Shown here piece by piece: positions 50,801 to 62,869 of a stretch of DNA of 64,000 bases. Under the pieces are notes generated by a model. The model saw only the letters and a program-made list of their open reading frames with translations, did not search any database and had not been told where the DNA came from. Position 1 is the first letter of the stretch. Each line of letters begins with the position of its first letter. The DNA is taken from assembly GCA_045837725.1 (NCBI GenBank), contig JBEWZL010000011.1, forward strand, positions 1 through 64,000. Direction: 5' to 3'. The translations under genes and the position numbers were made by a program. The DNA comes from Vermamoeba vermiformis (lineage: Eukaryota).

Positions 50801-52839
50801 GCGCCATCAAGGGGAAGTTGAGATCATTAACGTTCGAATTGTAGTAGCTCACAAGACCTCTCAATTCGTGACCAGCAGCCTTGGCGGCATTACGATCACT
50901 TTGGTGCTTGCCTCCGTACATCCAATAGTCAAAGTTCAATTTGCTAAAAGAATAGTCAGCACGCAAATACTTCAAATTATAAGGTACTTACACTTTCTCT
51001 CGTAAGTTGGTATCGACAGCGAACTTGAACAAAATACCTTGCACGATGTATTTTTCACCACCAGCAATACCACCCATAGATTTGGGCTTGATAGTCTTTT
51101 GTTCATTCGACAAGTATCGCTCTGAAATGATGATACGGCCGTACGTCTGTGCTGCGTACACGAAATCGTGTGCCAAATTACTGAGCTTTCTATATTTGTC
51201 TAAACCTTCCTCCATGGCACGGATCTTTTGGAACTGGTTGTTCCAATAGTTAGGGTTCTTGGCTGTATATCACGATAAGATTAATCCTACTGAAGACCAA
51301 TTACTTAATATAAAGCTTACCAGGATCATCGGCTTCGTATTCTTCCGCATCACTCGTCTCTTCCTCACTGTTACTTGCGCTATGACACCAACGTTTAGTA
51401 TATCAAAAATAATACTGCTTAAGAGCGTACCTGATCTCCTCCTCGTCTATAAACAATTGAACTGCGCTTGATTGATTTAAAGCTTCATTAGGGTCTGAAA
51501 AGAAGGCCGTAAGTACGTGTCACACGTGCCAAAAAAACCTTCGAGTCTTTACCCTTAGTAGGTCCTTGTCCTGCACCAAACTGTGTCATGTAAGTACCGC
51601 TCCTTACGGTGCCTAATCCTTTATCGGCGGCTGTAGGCTTTGCCGAAGGATTAGCCTTGGTGAGATCTCCGTCACTGCCGTAGATCGACTCTTTTGGTGA
51701 GGTCGGTGTCTTTGGAGTTTTTGGGGTCTTCGAGCCATTAGCTGCAGAATCCACGACTTCACTATCAGAATGATCGTCGTCATTGCCGTAACCACCAGCA
51801 CCTTTTACTTCTAAAAATAGCAATTTGAGTTTTTGTGGTATAAAGAAAAAATAATCAGAGAAATCACTTTAATGCATTAAATAGCATACACTTATAATAA
51901 TTACGATGTTATAACGAAATGTTTTGTAATTTTGTGATTTTTGAAAATTGTGCAACGGTTAACTAATTTCTTAACCTTAATAATCAAGTACTTTATAAAA
52001 CACGCGTGATTCGATAATTTGATTAATTTAACGTGATTAAACGTGTCCTTGATCCGCATCTTACCTTGACCGAGATAATTTACGTTTTGAACCAGTGTGA
52101 TTTCAGCATTTTGCAAGTAATTCAAGTTCATTGCTGGCTTCTTAAAGCTCTCTTCTTCAGATGAAGATACGACGTCTGATTCCTCGGCATCGCCTTTAGT
52201 TTCACCCGGCATCAAGTAGTTCGGATTTGCGGGAGCAATATCTTCGCCGTCTAATGCCGCTTCAATATCTACATTTTGTAAATAATTCATTTGACCAGAA
52301 ATGAGCGATTCGGGGCGCAGATCGGCTTGAGACAAATAATTTCCAGCTGCGACTACGCGCTCGCTGTCTGAACTGCTTTCATCAACCTCCTCGCTGCTGT
52401 CACTACTGCTATCATCGTCTCCAGTTGCTTGTACTTCTTCTTGGGAAAGATAGCTGTTGATTGGACCCATGTATCCGGTGGCAGGTATGGATTTGATAGC
52501 GGATTTGGTATTTTGCTTTTGAATTTCCTGCCTTTTTTGATCCGCGACTTTATTAATCGCCTTCTCTAACTCGTCAACATCAGAGGAATCGCTATCACTA
52601 AAGCATACGTTAGTAGTTGGAATACCACAAGCAGGGCGTAAATAAATAGTAATTCAAATATAAATATTTTTATACATATTTGGCACGAGGGTGGAATATA
52701 AAATGCTTTTGGTTTAATTTTTAAAATGATTTTACGATCTGCATAACGGTCGCATCCTTTGGTACCTTTCACTGCTCGAAGAACTCTTCGATTTCGCAGA
52801 TTTTTCGCTTTCTTCTACTTCGCCACGTGCGAGATACAT
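44810..52839 (-). CDS. Large Clu-domain protein with TPR-like repeats and C-terminal leucine-rich repeats
   Basis: Clu motifs GGIAGGEKY..GILFKFA, AGHELRGL, PLMALIDYRGYRL, DIEGHKGTDGKYYVLDFARTFPPE, LRPELV, MHREGINIRHLG; TPR-like 48573-49505; cysteine-containing LRRs 44810-46700. Start MYLARG at 52839 inferred from splice phase. Confidence 0.85.
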
Positions 52840-53242
52840 CACAGATCACTTATAGAACAAATAGAAGGTCTGTAATGGTCGGTCTGTGGTCGACTTCTAA
52901 AAAATCAAAACTGGTTTAAAAATCTTAAAATATCTCAAACAAATCACCACACATCAGTGAAGTACTTCACAACATTCATATTCGAAGCATTCATAACGCG
53001 ACAGTGCATGAAGCGAACTGAGGATCCCTCGACCTGACGTTTTGTAACGGTTACTATCTACATCTGGACTAATGCCTGGCTTCTCGTGCGTCTATTTATC
53101 AACAATCGCTTATGTCCACATGCTTTAGTCTATTCATACAGTTTATTCGATTGTCAAGCTTAGGTGTTGGCCTGCTGATTCAAATCTCGAAGTTTTACTT
53201 AAATCGCTTATTTACAATTATATACATTTTCCAATATGATAA

Positions 53243-55717
53243 TTATTCTTTCTTAAAATGCTCCTCGAGAACTTTTTGCAATATATTCGAGGCAACAGGC
53301 TTGGTAACAAAATCGTCAAATCCAGCCTGCAGAGCGATTGCTTTTTGTTCTATGATTGCATGGGCCGTCAAAGCAATTAACTTAGAATTTAGTCCCATTT
53401 TTCTAATTTTTTTTGCGGCTTCAATACCGTCTGGAAAGCGAATCTCGTTAGTCGACTGGATTTGGTGTTTCAAAACATGAGCTTACCTAAAATAGGCATT
53501 TCTAAATCAAGTAATATTACGGGGTACTTCACTGGATCGGCTTCTATCATATTAATAACTTCTTGGCCGTCATTTGCGATGTCCACGCGGTACCCCAATC
53601 TTTCGACCAGTTTTCTAATCACTATTTGATTCACCTTATTATCTTCAGCTATTAAAATTAACGGCTTGTCCTTCGTGATCTCCTCATGCGGTTTGCTAAT
53701 AATCACCTTCTTGCTATCAGATTTCTGGATCGCGTGTCGCTGTGTTATTGGCGGGCTTGCGATGACTTTTGTAATATTCACTCGCGGAGTTGAGGTGTCG
53801 CCAGTGGTATTAGTCTTCATTGTCCATATTTCTTCATTATCTACGTTCTCTTTAGTGAAATACATCTTCTCGCCGCTCGATACATTTGTCACGGATCTGC
53901 AAGGTGTCGTGTCATGTTCTCCATCTTGTTCGCTTGAATTACACGCTTGGTACGGAATGTAAAGATAGAACGTCGAGCCCTTGTTCTTGCCATAGCTACG
54001 GAGAGGTTAGTAACTCAAGGTAGAAAGCCATACTGTAGCAAACTTACCTCTTAACGTGAATAGATCCTTCCATCAAGTGGCACATCTTCTTGCAAATAGC
54101 TAAGCCTAGACCAGTACCGCCTTTTACGCCTTTAGTGGCGGCAAACTATAAACGACATTAGTGTCATAATAAGGGAAAAACCACGTGTTTACTTACCTGC
54201 TCAAAGGATTTGAATATAGACTTGAGTTCATCTGGTTCAAGGCCAATGCCTGTATCGGTAACGCTGAATTTGATGTACTTGTGCTGTTGAGAGTTATGCG
54301 CATGCTCTTTCTTGCTTTGAAGGGAGGTGCCGTACTTTTTGATTCGTTCTGCGTCTTTGACTGACACGCGGATGGTCACGCTGCCATTGTTGGTAAATTT
54401 GATCGCGTTGGACAGTAAGTTAATAAGGATTTGTTGCAGTCTGAAAGCGTCCGAATAGAAGTCACAGATCTTGCCTCGGATGACCACTTTGAACGACAGC
54501 GCCTTTCTATTCATTAAGGGCGATATCACTTCGAACGAGCGCGTCAAAAGTCCGCTCAAATTGACTGGTTCGCGCACGAGCTTCATTTTATCGGCCTCCA
54601 TTTTAGAAAAATCTAGAATGTCGTTGATAGTCGCCTAATTAAAGAGTATATTAATCTCCGTTTAGATTTGAGTAATATTCCGCCATTGTAGGGTTAATTC
54701 ATAAGAAACATTTCGTGTGCAGGCTTACCAGCAAGTGCTGCGAGCAAGTTTCGGCAATTTCTAGTAAGTGTTCGTAATCAACGTCGAGCCTTATAGATTT
54801 GAGCAAGTCAATGGCGCCAATAATTCCTGAAAGCGGCGTACGCAGTTCATGACTCATTCTGCAACAATAAAAATTATTAATAAGTTTGCCTAAATAGGAA
54901 AGAGACCACAGTTTACTCCAATGACCGTTATAATAAGAATTTGTATTAAAATAATGCCGATTCGTTTAGTGCTTACCTGCATAAAAAGTCGGTTTTGAGT
55001 TGGCTTGCTTTGGCGAAGTAATCTTGAGTGTCAGAATTCTTCTTATAATATACAAACGCCATTAATGATACGCCGACTGTTTGATATTGCGCATGGTACC
55101 ATAGGTAATCAAGCATCGGTTTCGGTAAGGTTCCGAAATCCAAAAAGTGCATCCCGTTTAGTTCCATTAAATAGAACGACGTAACTACGATATAGTTGAG
55201 CACGAACACTGTCATAATAGCATATCCATTTCCGAGGAGTAAAACAGCGCAGTAGAGAAAGCCGTCGGATCTTAGAAGAGAAATGAAAAATCCTCCGTGT
55301 CGGAACGTTGCCACGCACGATGCTATATATAATATAGCGTAAAGGAAGTAGCCTTAATGACATTATTAGCAAATACCAACTAAAGGTTGTGCGGTGCTTA
55401 CCCGAACTAGAGAGATCTAACCGCAACCAATACATTATTAAACCGGCGCACACTGTCATTATTAAAACTCCACTAACTTCTAAATAGTGTCCATAGCTCT
55501 CGAAGAACGGTACTCGTAGCGCTATCATTACTAAATAAAGCGACATTATGTAAATGATCCGCAAGTACGCCAGGACCAGCGTTCGGTGCGTGTGTCTCGC
55601 TTTATCATCAGTTCCAAACTCGTCTGTGCCGTTTCGTTGATGGAATAAAGTTGTCAGTCGCGTTGCAATACGATCTTCATTCGTGCGGAGAAAAGTAAAC
55701 GGATCGGTAAACTTCAT
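53243..55717 (-). CDS. Membrane-bound hybrid sensor histidine kinase (TM + HisKA + HATPase + receiver)
   Basis: MSHELRTPLSGIIG, LQQILINLLSNAIKFT, DTGIG, GTGLGLAIC, AEDNKVNQ, LLDLEMP, ALTA, TKP; several hydrophobic N-terminal helices. Confidence 0.93.
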
Positions 55718-56554
55718 CTATCAAAAAAGATTTGATTAAGCGCCACTAAATTTATAAATAATATCACTAATATTTTTAAATCAAATTTAAAGGAGTTCGA
55801 ATGCAGCAAACAGAAATAGTGAAGTAATAAATTTAAATCGTGTTGCAATAAAATAAAATAGGTGACTACGAGCGGAAAATACACTGCATGTAACAGAATA
55901 AATAGTTTCCGAGTTTACAAGAGGATTCTCAGCATATTAACGAATTCTAGAAGCTAAATTTACCTCTTATCCAATTCGATTAATTCTTTACAAAAGCCAA
56001 CGCGGTTAGTACTTCATGAGGTAAGGACGAATATATTATGTGCTTCGATCTTCGGCAACCAAATAATGCCCAAAATTCTGATTCACCGCAGAATAATTCC
56101 ATTTAAGGCTAAAACACGTGTTCCTGTTGCCGAGGCGTAAAACGATTCTTTCAGTTTCATCAGTAGTAAGCGATATCTACGTTGTATGGTTTCGAGTTTG
56201 CATCTTCTTTAAATTGGAATTTTCGTATCAAAAAGTTCGACTGGGGCCCGTTTATGTTTATCGGGTCGGACTGGAAAACGGACCCTCAAGAACTGACCCG
56301 AGATTTTGTCGTTTTATCGTCCCAAACCGAAACCGAAGCTTCTGTTCAGTCCGACCCAAGACGACATACACAACATGCATATTATTGTTAGTAACACGAA
56401 CACTGCACCAAAAAATATCAGTTCTTACTATATTCTCAGTTTCTTCGCGCCATCCGCTTCAGATTACCTGGAAATAATTATTGACAGCCATAAATAGCGA
56501 CGCAACCGGAAAAAATGGACACAATCCCTTCGCAAACAAAACATACAACAACAA

Positions 56555-57925
56555 ATGAGCTCTACAAAGGGTAAGAATACACCCAAGAAGGCTACGTCCC
56601 CGACTCCACGATCCACGCTGTCCAGAAATGCCAAAAAAAATGGAGCCGCTGCACACACACCAGGCAAAAATAATAATCTGCTTGACCCTCAAATTGATGT
56701 GAGTAGAACCGATAATTATTTTTTTCGATCCAGATTACAGTGTTAAATGTGAACAAGCGTAAAATCAGAAAAGCAGAAGAGCGCAAAAATCCCGATTTGG
56801 TAAGATAGAATGATAGGCTAATGCAACAGCCCGGTATTTACGCTCAATTCAACAGAAGAAAAACCGTACAATCTTCGAATTGGACAAAATTTACCGAGAA
56901 AATGCAGCTCTTGTGCTGTGTGACCAAGAATTCCCGGACGATCATCCTTTTATTGCTGGTATTATTCGTGGATTTATTCCGCAAATTCCTGGAGCGCCGA
57001 TACCGCATGTAATCACAATGCAAGAGCGAGTTGACTTGTGTCTCAGAATATCCTATCGTTTGTTTGCACCGTGAGTACCTTCCCTTAGTTATATGAGCAC
57101 TATTAATCCTATTGTTGTATTAGTGACAGGATGATGAAAGCCAAGCAAGACCTTGCCAAGCGCCGCAAACTGTACCAAGAACAGCACAAAGGCCAAAGCT
57201 CGTTCACTGAAATCTACGGTCCTACTCCATTCGTTACAGAGAAAAATGAACTCACGAGTGGCCAAGTGGACTCAGAGAGCGCCAAAAATGACAGAATGAG
57301 CGCTGTGTCTTACACGAAGGAAGACAACCTTGCTGCGCAGCGTTATGCGGCTGCAGCGTTTTTCGGATCGCCGCTCATGGCAGAGGGTCTGGCTAGCAAC
57401 AGCCCTCAAATTTCTGGTCTATTGTTGTGGTGGTTCCTCGCAGAGGAAGAGCCATATGACCCTCGTGCCCCACTCGATGGTTTCCGAGAATCTTGCGTTG
57501 AGCAGATTAGAGATGAAGTTGACCTTTTGGAAGGCTCATTGGAACAATATGAGAAAGTTTTGCGAGGCACCTACGGCACTTTGTGCGATCACAAAGACTA
57601 TCAAACAATTACTGTCATTACTGGCGTGTGGAATGAATTCGTGGAAAGAAGCCGAAAATCGCCTGGAAACGAGAATAAGCCTGCTGTGGAAGTCATCAAA
57701 GATGGCTTAATTGCTGTTTTGTCTGACGTGCCAAGGGCGTTTGAGATGACCAAGAAGATGAAAGAAGAGAGAGAACGTGCAGAACAAGAGAATAAAGTTA
57801 AGACAAAGAAGCTAGAGCAGAAATCGCCGTGGAAGGCAGTGTTTGTAGCTGCCGCATCCGTCGCAGTTTCGGTCGGATTGATTGCAGGTGCCTTCTTGTT
57901 CTTCCAAAAGAAATGGCGTAAATAA
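56555..57925 (+). CDS. Hypothetical tail-anchored membrane protein
   Basis: Multi-exon; ends in a single TM (AVFVAAASVAVSVGLIAGAFLFF) plus a basic tail QKKWRK. Confidence 0.7.
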
Positions 57926-58047
57926 GGGACCGACACGTTCAATAATAAAGTTTGCGTTTGTTTTAGGAGGTCACGTGTCACTCTTTTTTTGGTTCGCTTA
58001 ACCATATTTTTTTTTATTGTTCTACTTTTACGATACAAGCACTAGAA

Positions 58048-60032
58048 ATGACAGACAATAATATTGCTACTCAAGTAAGTTCTATTAAGCGTAGTATAGC
58101 GTGAATTTGAACGAGTCTTTACCGAAAGAAATTTCTTAAATCGATTATTAATTCAGAATTATTCTTAAAATTAGGTAAACGAGTTGAAAAATAAGGGCAA
58201 CGCGTGCTTTCAATCAGGAAATTACGAGGAAGCAATTCAGCATTTTTCTGCTGCGATAGCTCTTGATCCAAGCAACCACATTCTCTACAGCAACCGTTCA
58301 GGCAGCTACGCTTCATTAAAAAATTACATAAAAGCTCGTAAGTACATGCAGGTCAATTATGATTACTGTAAGTTATAACACGTCGGTTTCAAAGTTGAGG
58401 ATGCAGATCGAACCATTCAATTAAATCCCAATTGGGCCAAAGTAAGTAAATATTATTAACCTTGACAATTTAATCGGATTCTGCTGCGAGCGACTTCGTA
58501 ACAAGCCCGGATCTAATCTATAAATTTCCTAGGGCTATTCACGTAAAGGAACGGCGCTGTTTTACATGGAAAGATACACTGAAGCATTGAGCGCATTCAA
58601 CGAAGGATTGAAACTTGAGCCTGAAAATGCACAACTAGCTCAAGGCTTGCAACAGGTGCGTACAAGTCAAACTTCGTCGTCAACGCATTTAAAGCTTATT
58701 ATTGTCAGGTTCAATTGGCGCTAAAATCATCGCCGATTAAGAAAGGAGTTTGGGGTCAAATTTTAACTCCGTACAATTCAACGAAGCCTTATCCGATTAA
58801 CTGGAGCATGTACGTGACAAGATTTTCATGCCACTAGTCAGTTCATTTAACAATAATGATGCTTAGGGTCGATGAAATGGTCGATTGGTTCATTAACAAG
58901 GGTTGTGCTGGTATATTAGCAGTATCTCCGACTAGCGAGATGTCACATTTGACCGAAGACGAGCAATTGCAACTCGCTACTGCGGTGGTCAAGTAAGCGA
59001 TTCGGCGTGCACCATTGTTACGACGAAAAAAATATTAAATTGATGGTTTAGGCGAGTAAACAAGCATTTGCCCGTCATCGCTTGTGCACAACTTGGAGCG
59101 TCACTTGAAGGGAAGGCTGAAAGTATTAAAGTAAGCCATTTAGATGCACAAAGTAATCAATAATATTAAATTCTTGATAGAAAATGCACGCCACTGGAGT
59201 ATCGGCAGTCATTTTGCCAGTCAATCAAATCATCGCTAATTCAGACAGCGATGAGGAATTCAAGTCGAGACTGGAGTCATTGTTAAAGTTAACGGGAGAT
59301 ATTCCGCTCGGTATCTTTGAAACTCCCGGAAGATCTCTTAGCGCTGGTACGTCGCGGTCAAAAAACGAAATATTTTTCTAATGACACGTAACAGCTACTT
59401 TGGGCTGGATTTCATCGACAACAAAGTTCGTGCTGTACATTGATAACTCGAATTCAATTACCAAGATCAAAGAGAAGCTCGAAAAGGTCAATTCTAATCC
59501 GGGCCTGAAATATTGGATCACTAGCCCGACACTCTTGATGGAAGCGCTCCGCTTGGGTTCGTAAAGAATATTTAACCCAAAATAGAATTTTAAATTGACC
59601 CTTGGACAGGTGTCAATGGCTTTACGGGCACTGCTACATGTTTCTATCCTCAATTGTTTGGTAAGATTAAGAAACGAATCATTGGATTGTGTCTCGTTTA
59701 CTTACGTCGTTTTAGCGTGGTTGTTTGAGAATTATCACCGAGCTGACAGAGAAAATCCCGAGATGATTCAACGCTTCTTGTCAGTTTCACAGCTCGCCGT
59801 TGACAAGGGATTCCCATTAAGTGCAAAGTTGTACCTTCATTTTGGCGAGTTGAACAGAATGGACGGTGTGACGCGAGTGCCGCAACAGCCAGGCTTTGAA
59901 ATCAACGAAGAAGACATGTTGCGCGTCAATCATTTACGCGATCTCGTGCACTTCATTTCATTGTCTCTTGACGAAGAAAAGAGCGGCAACAAAGTAGCGT
60001 CGAAGAAAAAAGACAACTCCACCTTGCTTTAG
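58048..60032 (+). CDS. STI1/HOP-like TPR domain fused to a DapA/DHDPS-family aldolase-fold domain (catalytic residues appear altered)
   Basis: KNKGNACF...YSNRSGSY...WAKGYSRKG; then GVWGQILTPY, GILAVSPTSEMSHLTEDEQ, PLGIFETP, FVLYIDNS, GFTGTATCFYP, FPLSAKLYL. Confidence 0.82.
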
Positions 60033-60374
60033 CTTAAATGTTGGCATGTCCAACTCGTTGCATCATTTCCACGAAGAAAACCAGCCAGTGTCGGTCTGTA
60101 TTAAATTTGCAAGCAAGACCCGATAAAGTTAAACGGATCTGACGAAAAATTGCAGGCTATCAGTTTTTACTTTATTCGCTAGCACTACCACAAATGCACG
60201 TGATATTAAAATGTACTCCTCGATTACGAGTAGTTTGGTCAATATCTTATGGCCTTCGAGGCAAAATCTCTCATGCCGCTGCAACGAATCTACGGATAAG
60301 AAGCCCATCTAACCAAAAAATGGGGTATCTCTTTCCAAAAAATCAGCAATTTATTCAATTTGCATCAGGTAATT

Positions 60375-62800
60375 ATGGCAGCTCTAATTTCAACAGCAGG
60401 CGATTAATAATTTATTATTAAGTTGTGCCTTCTCGACGATTCTCTACAACTCGTGAGGGGTAGGCAATGTACACACCTTATTTAATTCTAACGCTTTTAC
60501 AATAGTGTAAAGAAAACTAGCCTACCTGCTGGCCATGCTTCGGAATTTTTGGATCAGATCGGATACGCTGACGATGCAGGCACACTGGATTTTTCTGGTT
60601 TGGTAAGCAGCTGTATGTTTTGATTTTGATTTGCACCATATATTCATTAAATTTAGGGCTTCGCGTGTTGGGTGATACTAGAACTCTATCCGATGCAAAT
60701 GAAATAGGGTCTAAAGTAGTTGAAGCAGCGTTCCTGACAGAGTTCCAAAAATTTAGACCAGAAACGAAACGTAAGCGCTATGAATTTATTTTCCTAATTT
60801 ACAAGCTAACGATTACAATTTAGCACGTCAGTGGTTGCACACGGATGTTGCAGACTGGTTAGTTCAGACAAGGGGCTTTCCAAATGGTCATCCTTTTGTG
60901 CAAGGCATTCGTGACAATCCCTTACTTTTTGCTTCTATGGTTCCATTGGCCGCCACAAATCCGCAAATATTGGCTGAAAATGGCGTAGATCCGAATTTAA
61001 CGGAGTTTTTAGCCAACGAGGTTACTAGTATTGCCAGAGGTACGCCTGAATTATACTAAGCTTGTAAACTTTAATTGACTTATATTTAGAAATGGCTTTT
61101 ACAAACACAACTTGCCGTCTTTCGAAGCGCGACATTATGCGAGGTATTGCAAAGCATAAAGCAAGGGTCAAGGAAGTTATAAAGTTATCAAAAGACAAGG
61201 ACTATCAGAAGAAGCTATTTCCATTTATTGTGAATCCGCTGCCATTGGCTACTTCTGACCCAACACGCTGGCAAACGTTTCATTTTACGGATTTAATGAG
61301 CGACTCAAATTTGAATAACCTTGCCGGTAATATTGCAAATTCTGTCAGTGGTGATGCACAAAAACGAACACTTATGAGTATCATCCAAAGTAAGTAAAAC
61401 TAAACAACCAAACGCCTATTCTAACTATGTGCAGTGAGTGGTGTGGGTAAAACTCACGCGTCTATAGTAATGGCAAAGAAGTATGGTGGCTTAGTTATTC
61501 GAAACGTTCCAAATGTCCATGACCAAATATTTGCTTTGGCTAAAATGTTTGTGGAAACCAATAGGTGTTTACTTGTGGGTGCTGACAGTGACAGAAATGT
61601 CGAAAATTACCATGCAGAAGCTAAATTTTTGGAATATGCCCAACGTACACTTATGCTCATTCCCCTGACATTCTTGCAATTTGTGGATTATTATGCAGGT
61701 AAATCAGTATTTGGGAATACTGTTACTCATCTATCTGTTGAGCAGCTACAGAAGAGCATACCAACACAGCTGATTTTCGAGAAGAAATTGTTCGAGTAAC
61801 CCTTTCTGGTGCAAATGATCTCATTCTCCAAATGTATGAGAAAAATTTGAACCTTGTTGCAAAAGACAGAAAATTCAACCAGTTCTTCGAAGAGATGCTT
61901 CATGTAGCAAAAAACTGAGGAATCACAATGATAATTTATGATGAAATTACTAAATGGGAAAATGCACTTTTGGGCTGCTTCATTCATGACAAACGAAAGG
62001 ATATGACAGAAGCTCAGCTTGTGAGTAATCATTTGATTGCAAATATGACCAACACTTTGATAGCTAGAGAGATTGAGAGAAGAGCAAAGAAACTCTGAGA
62101 CAAGTACTCTAACACGACAAACTTCTTTGCTCTATGTACAAATCCTTGCTATGGAAAGAATTGCAAGGGCAGAAAATCCCATTGCTGTAAGCGATTGATT
62201 GTCATAAGCTAAACTTATTTTGTTATTTAGCAAGTTATTGTCTCCTCAAAATACTCTTCTCCTGCCCTTGGTGATGACAGCTATTCAAGACACAGGCTTG
62301 CAATGACAATGGAGCCTTATGACCAAAGCCCTGCTGAGTTGTTAAAGCGCTTTGAGCATGAAATGAAAAAAACCTATGGTGCCAAGATTAGTTACCTTTT
62401 TACAAAACACAAAACAGCACTTTGTCGTCTTGCTAGCAGACCAAGTTACTTGTGGTCATTTTTTGAAAAGGTTAGTAATCAGTTTTTTTCTTGTTCTTAC
62501 CAATTCAACAGATGCCATCACCACAATTAAAAGACTTTAAGCAGTATGTGGATAAATGGGTGTATGAAGTTGAAAAAGCAGCTTGTCTCCAAGCTAAACA
62601 GTAGGTTGATAAAGCAAGAAAACTTGGAGAGATAGATGAAGTCCAATAGCTGGTATGTTCAATCCCTCTCACAATATAAGCTAAAAATACCAGGATTTAG
62701 CCAAAGTAATGGTTCAAGTTGCCTTTGGAATTTCAAGCAATACTCAATTGAAAGAATAAGTAGTGTTGCAGCAACAATTTGTAACCAACTTGTTATTAAA
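60375..62800 (+). pseudogene. Degraded P-loop NTPase gene (possibly Crinkler-type)
   Basis: Walker A SGVGKTH (~61437) and Walker B-like MIIYDE (~61930); frameshift near 61760; in-frame stops at 61916, 62602, 62647 and 62757. Boundaries approximate. Confidence 0.65.
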
Positions 62801-62869
62801 CAGAGTTTTTAGTACTTAATCTACCCAAATCTGCAAGATAATAGTGCTAGATGAATAATATGATTACAA

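Noticed and set aside
44900-51300. Many plus-strand ORFs over the Clu gene
   Set aside because: Antisense shadows of a codon-biased minus-strand gene.
54973-55717. Apparent frameshift in the histidine kinase N-terminus
   Set aside because: Resolved by a normal GTAAGC...TATAG intron at about 55324-55400.
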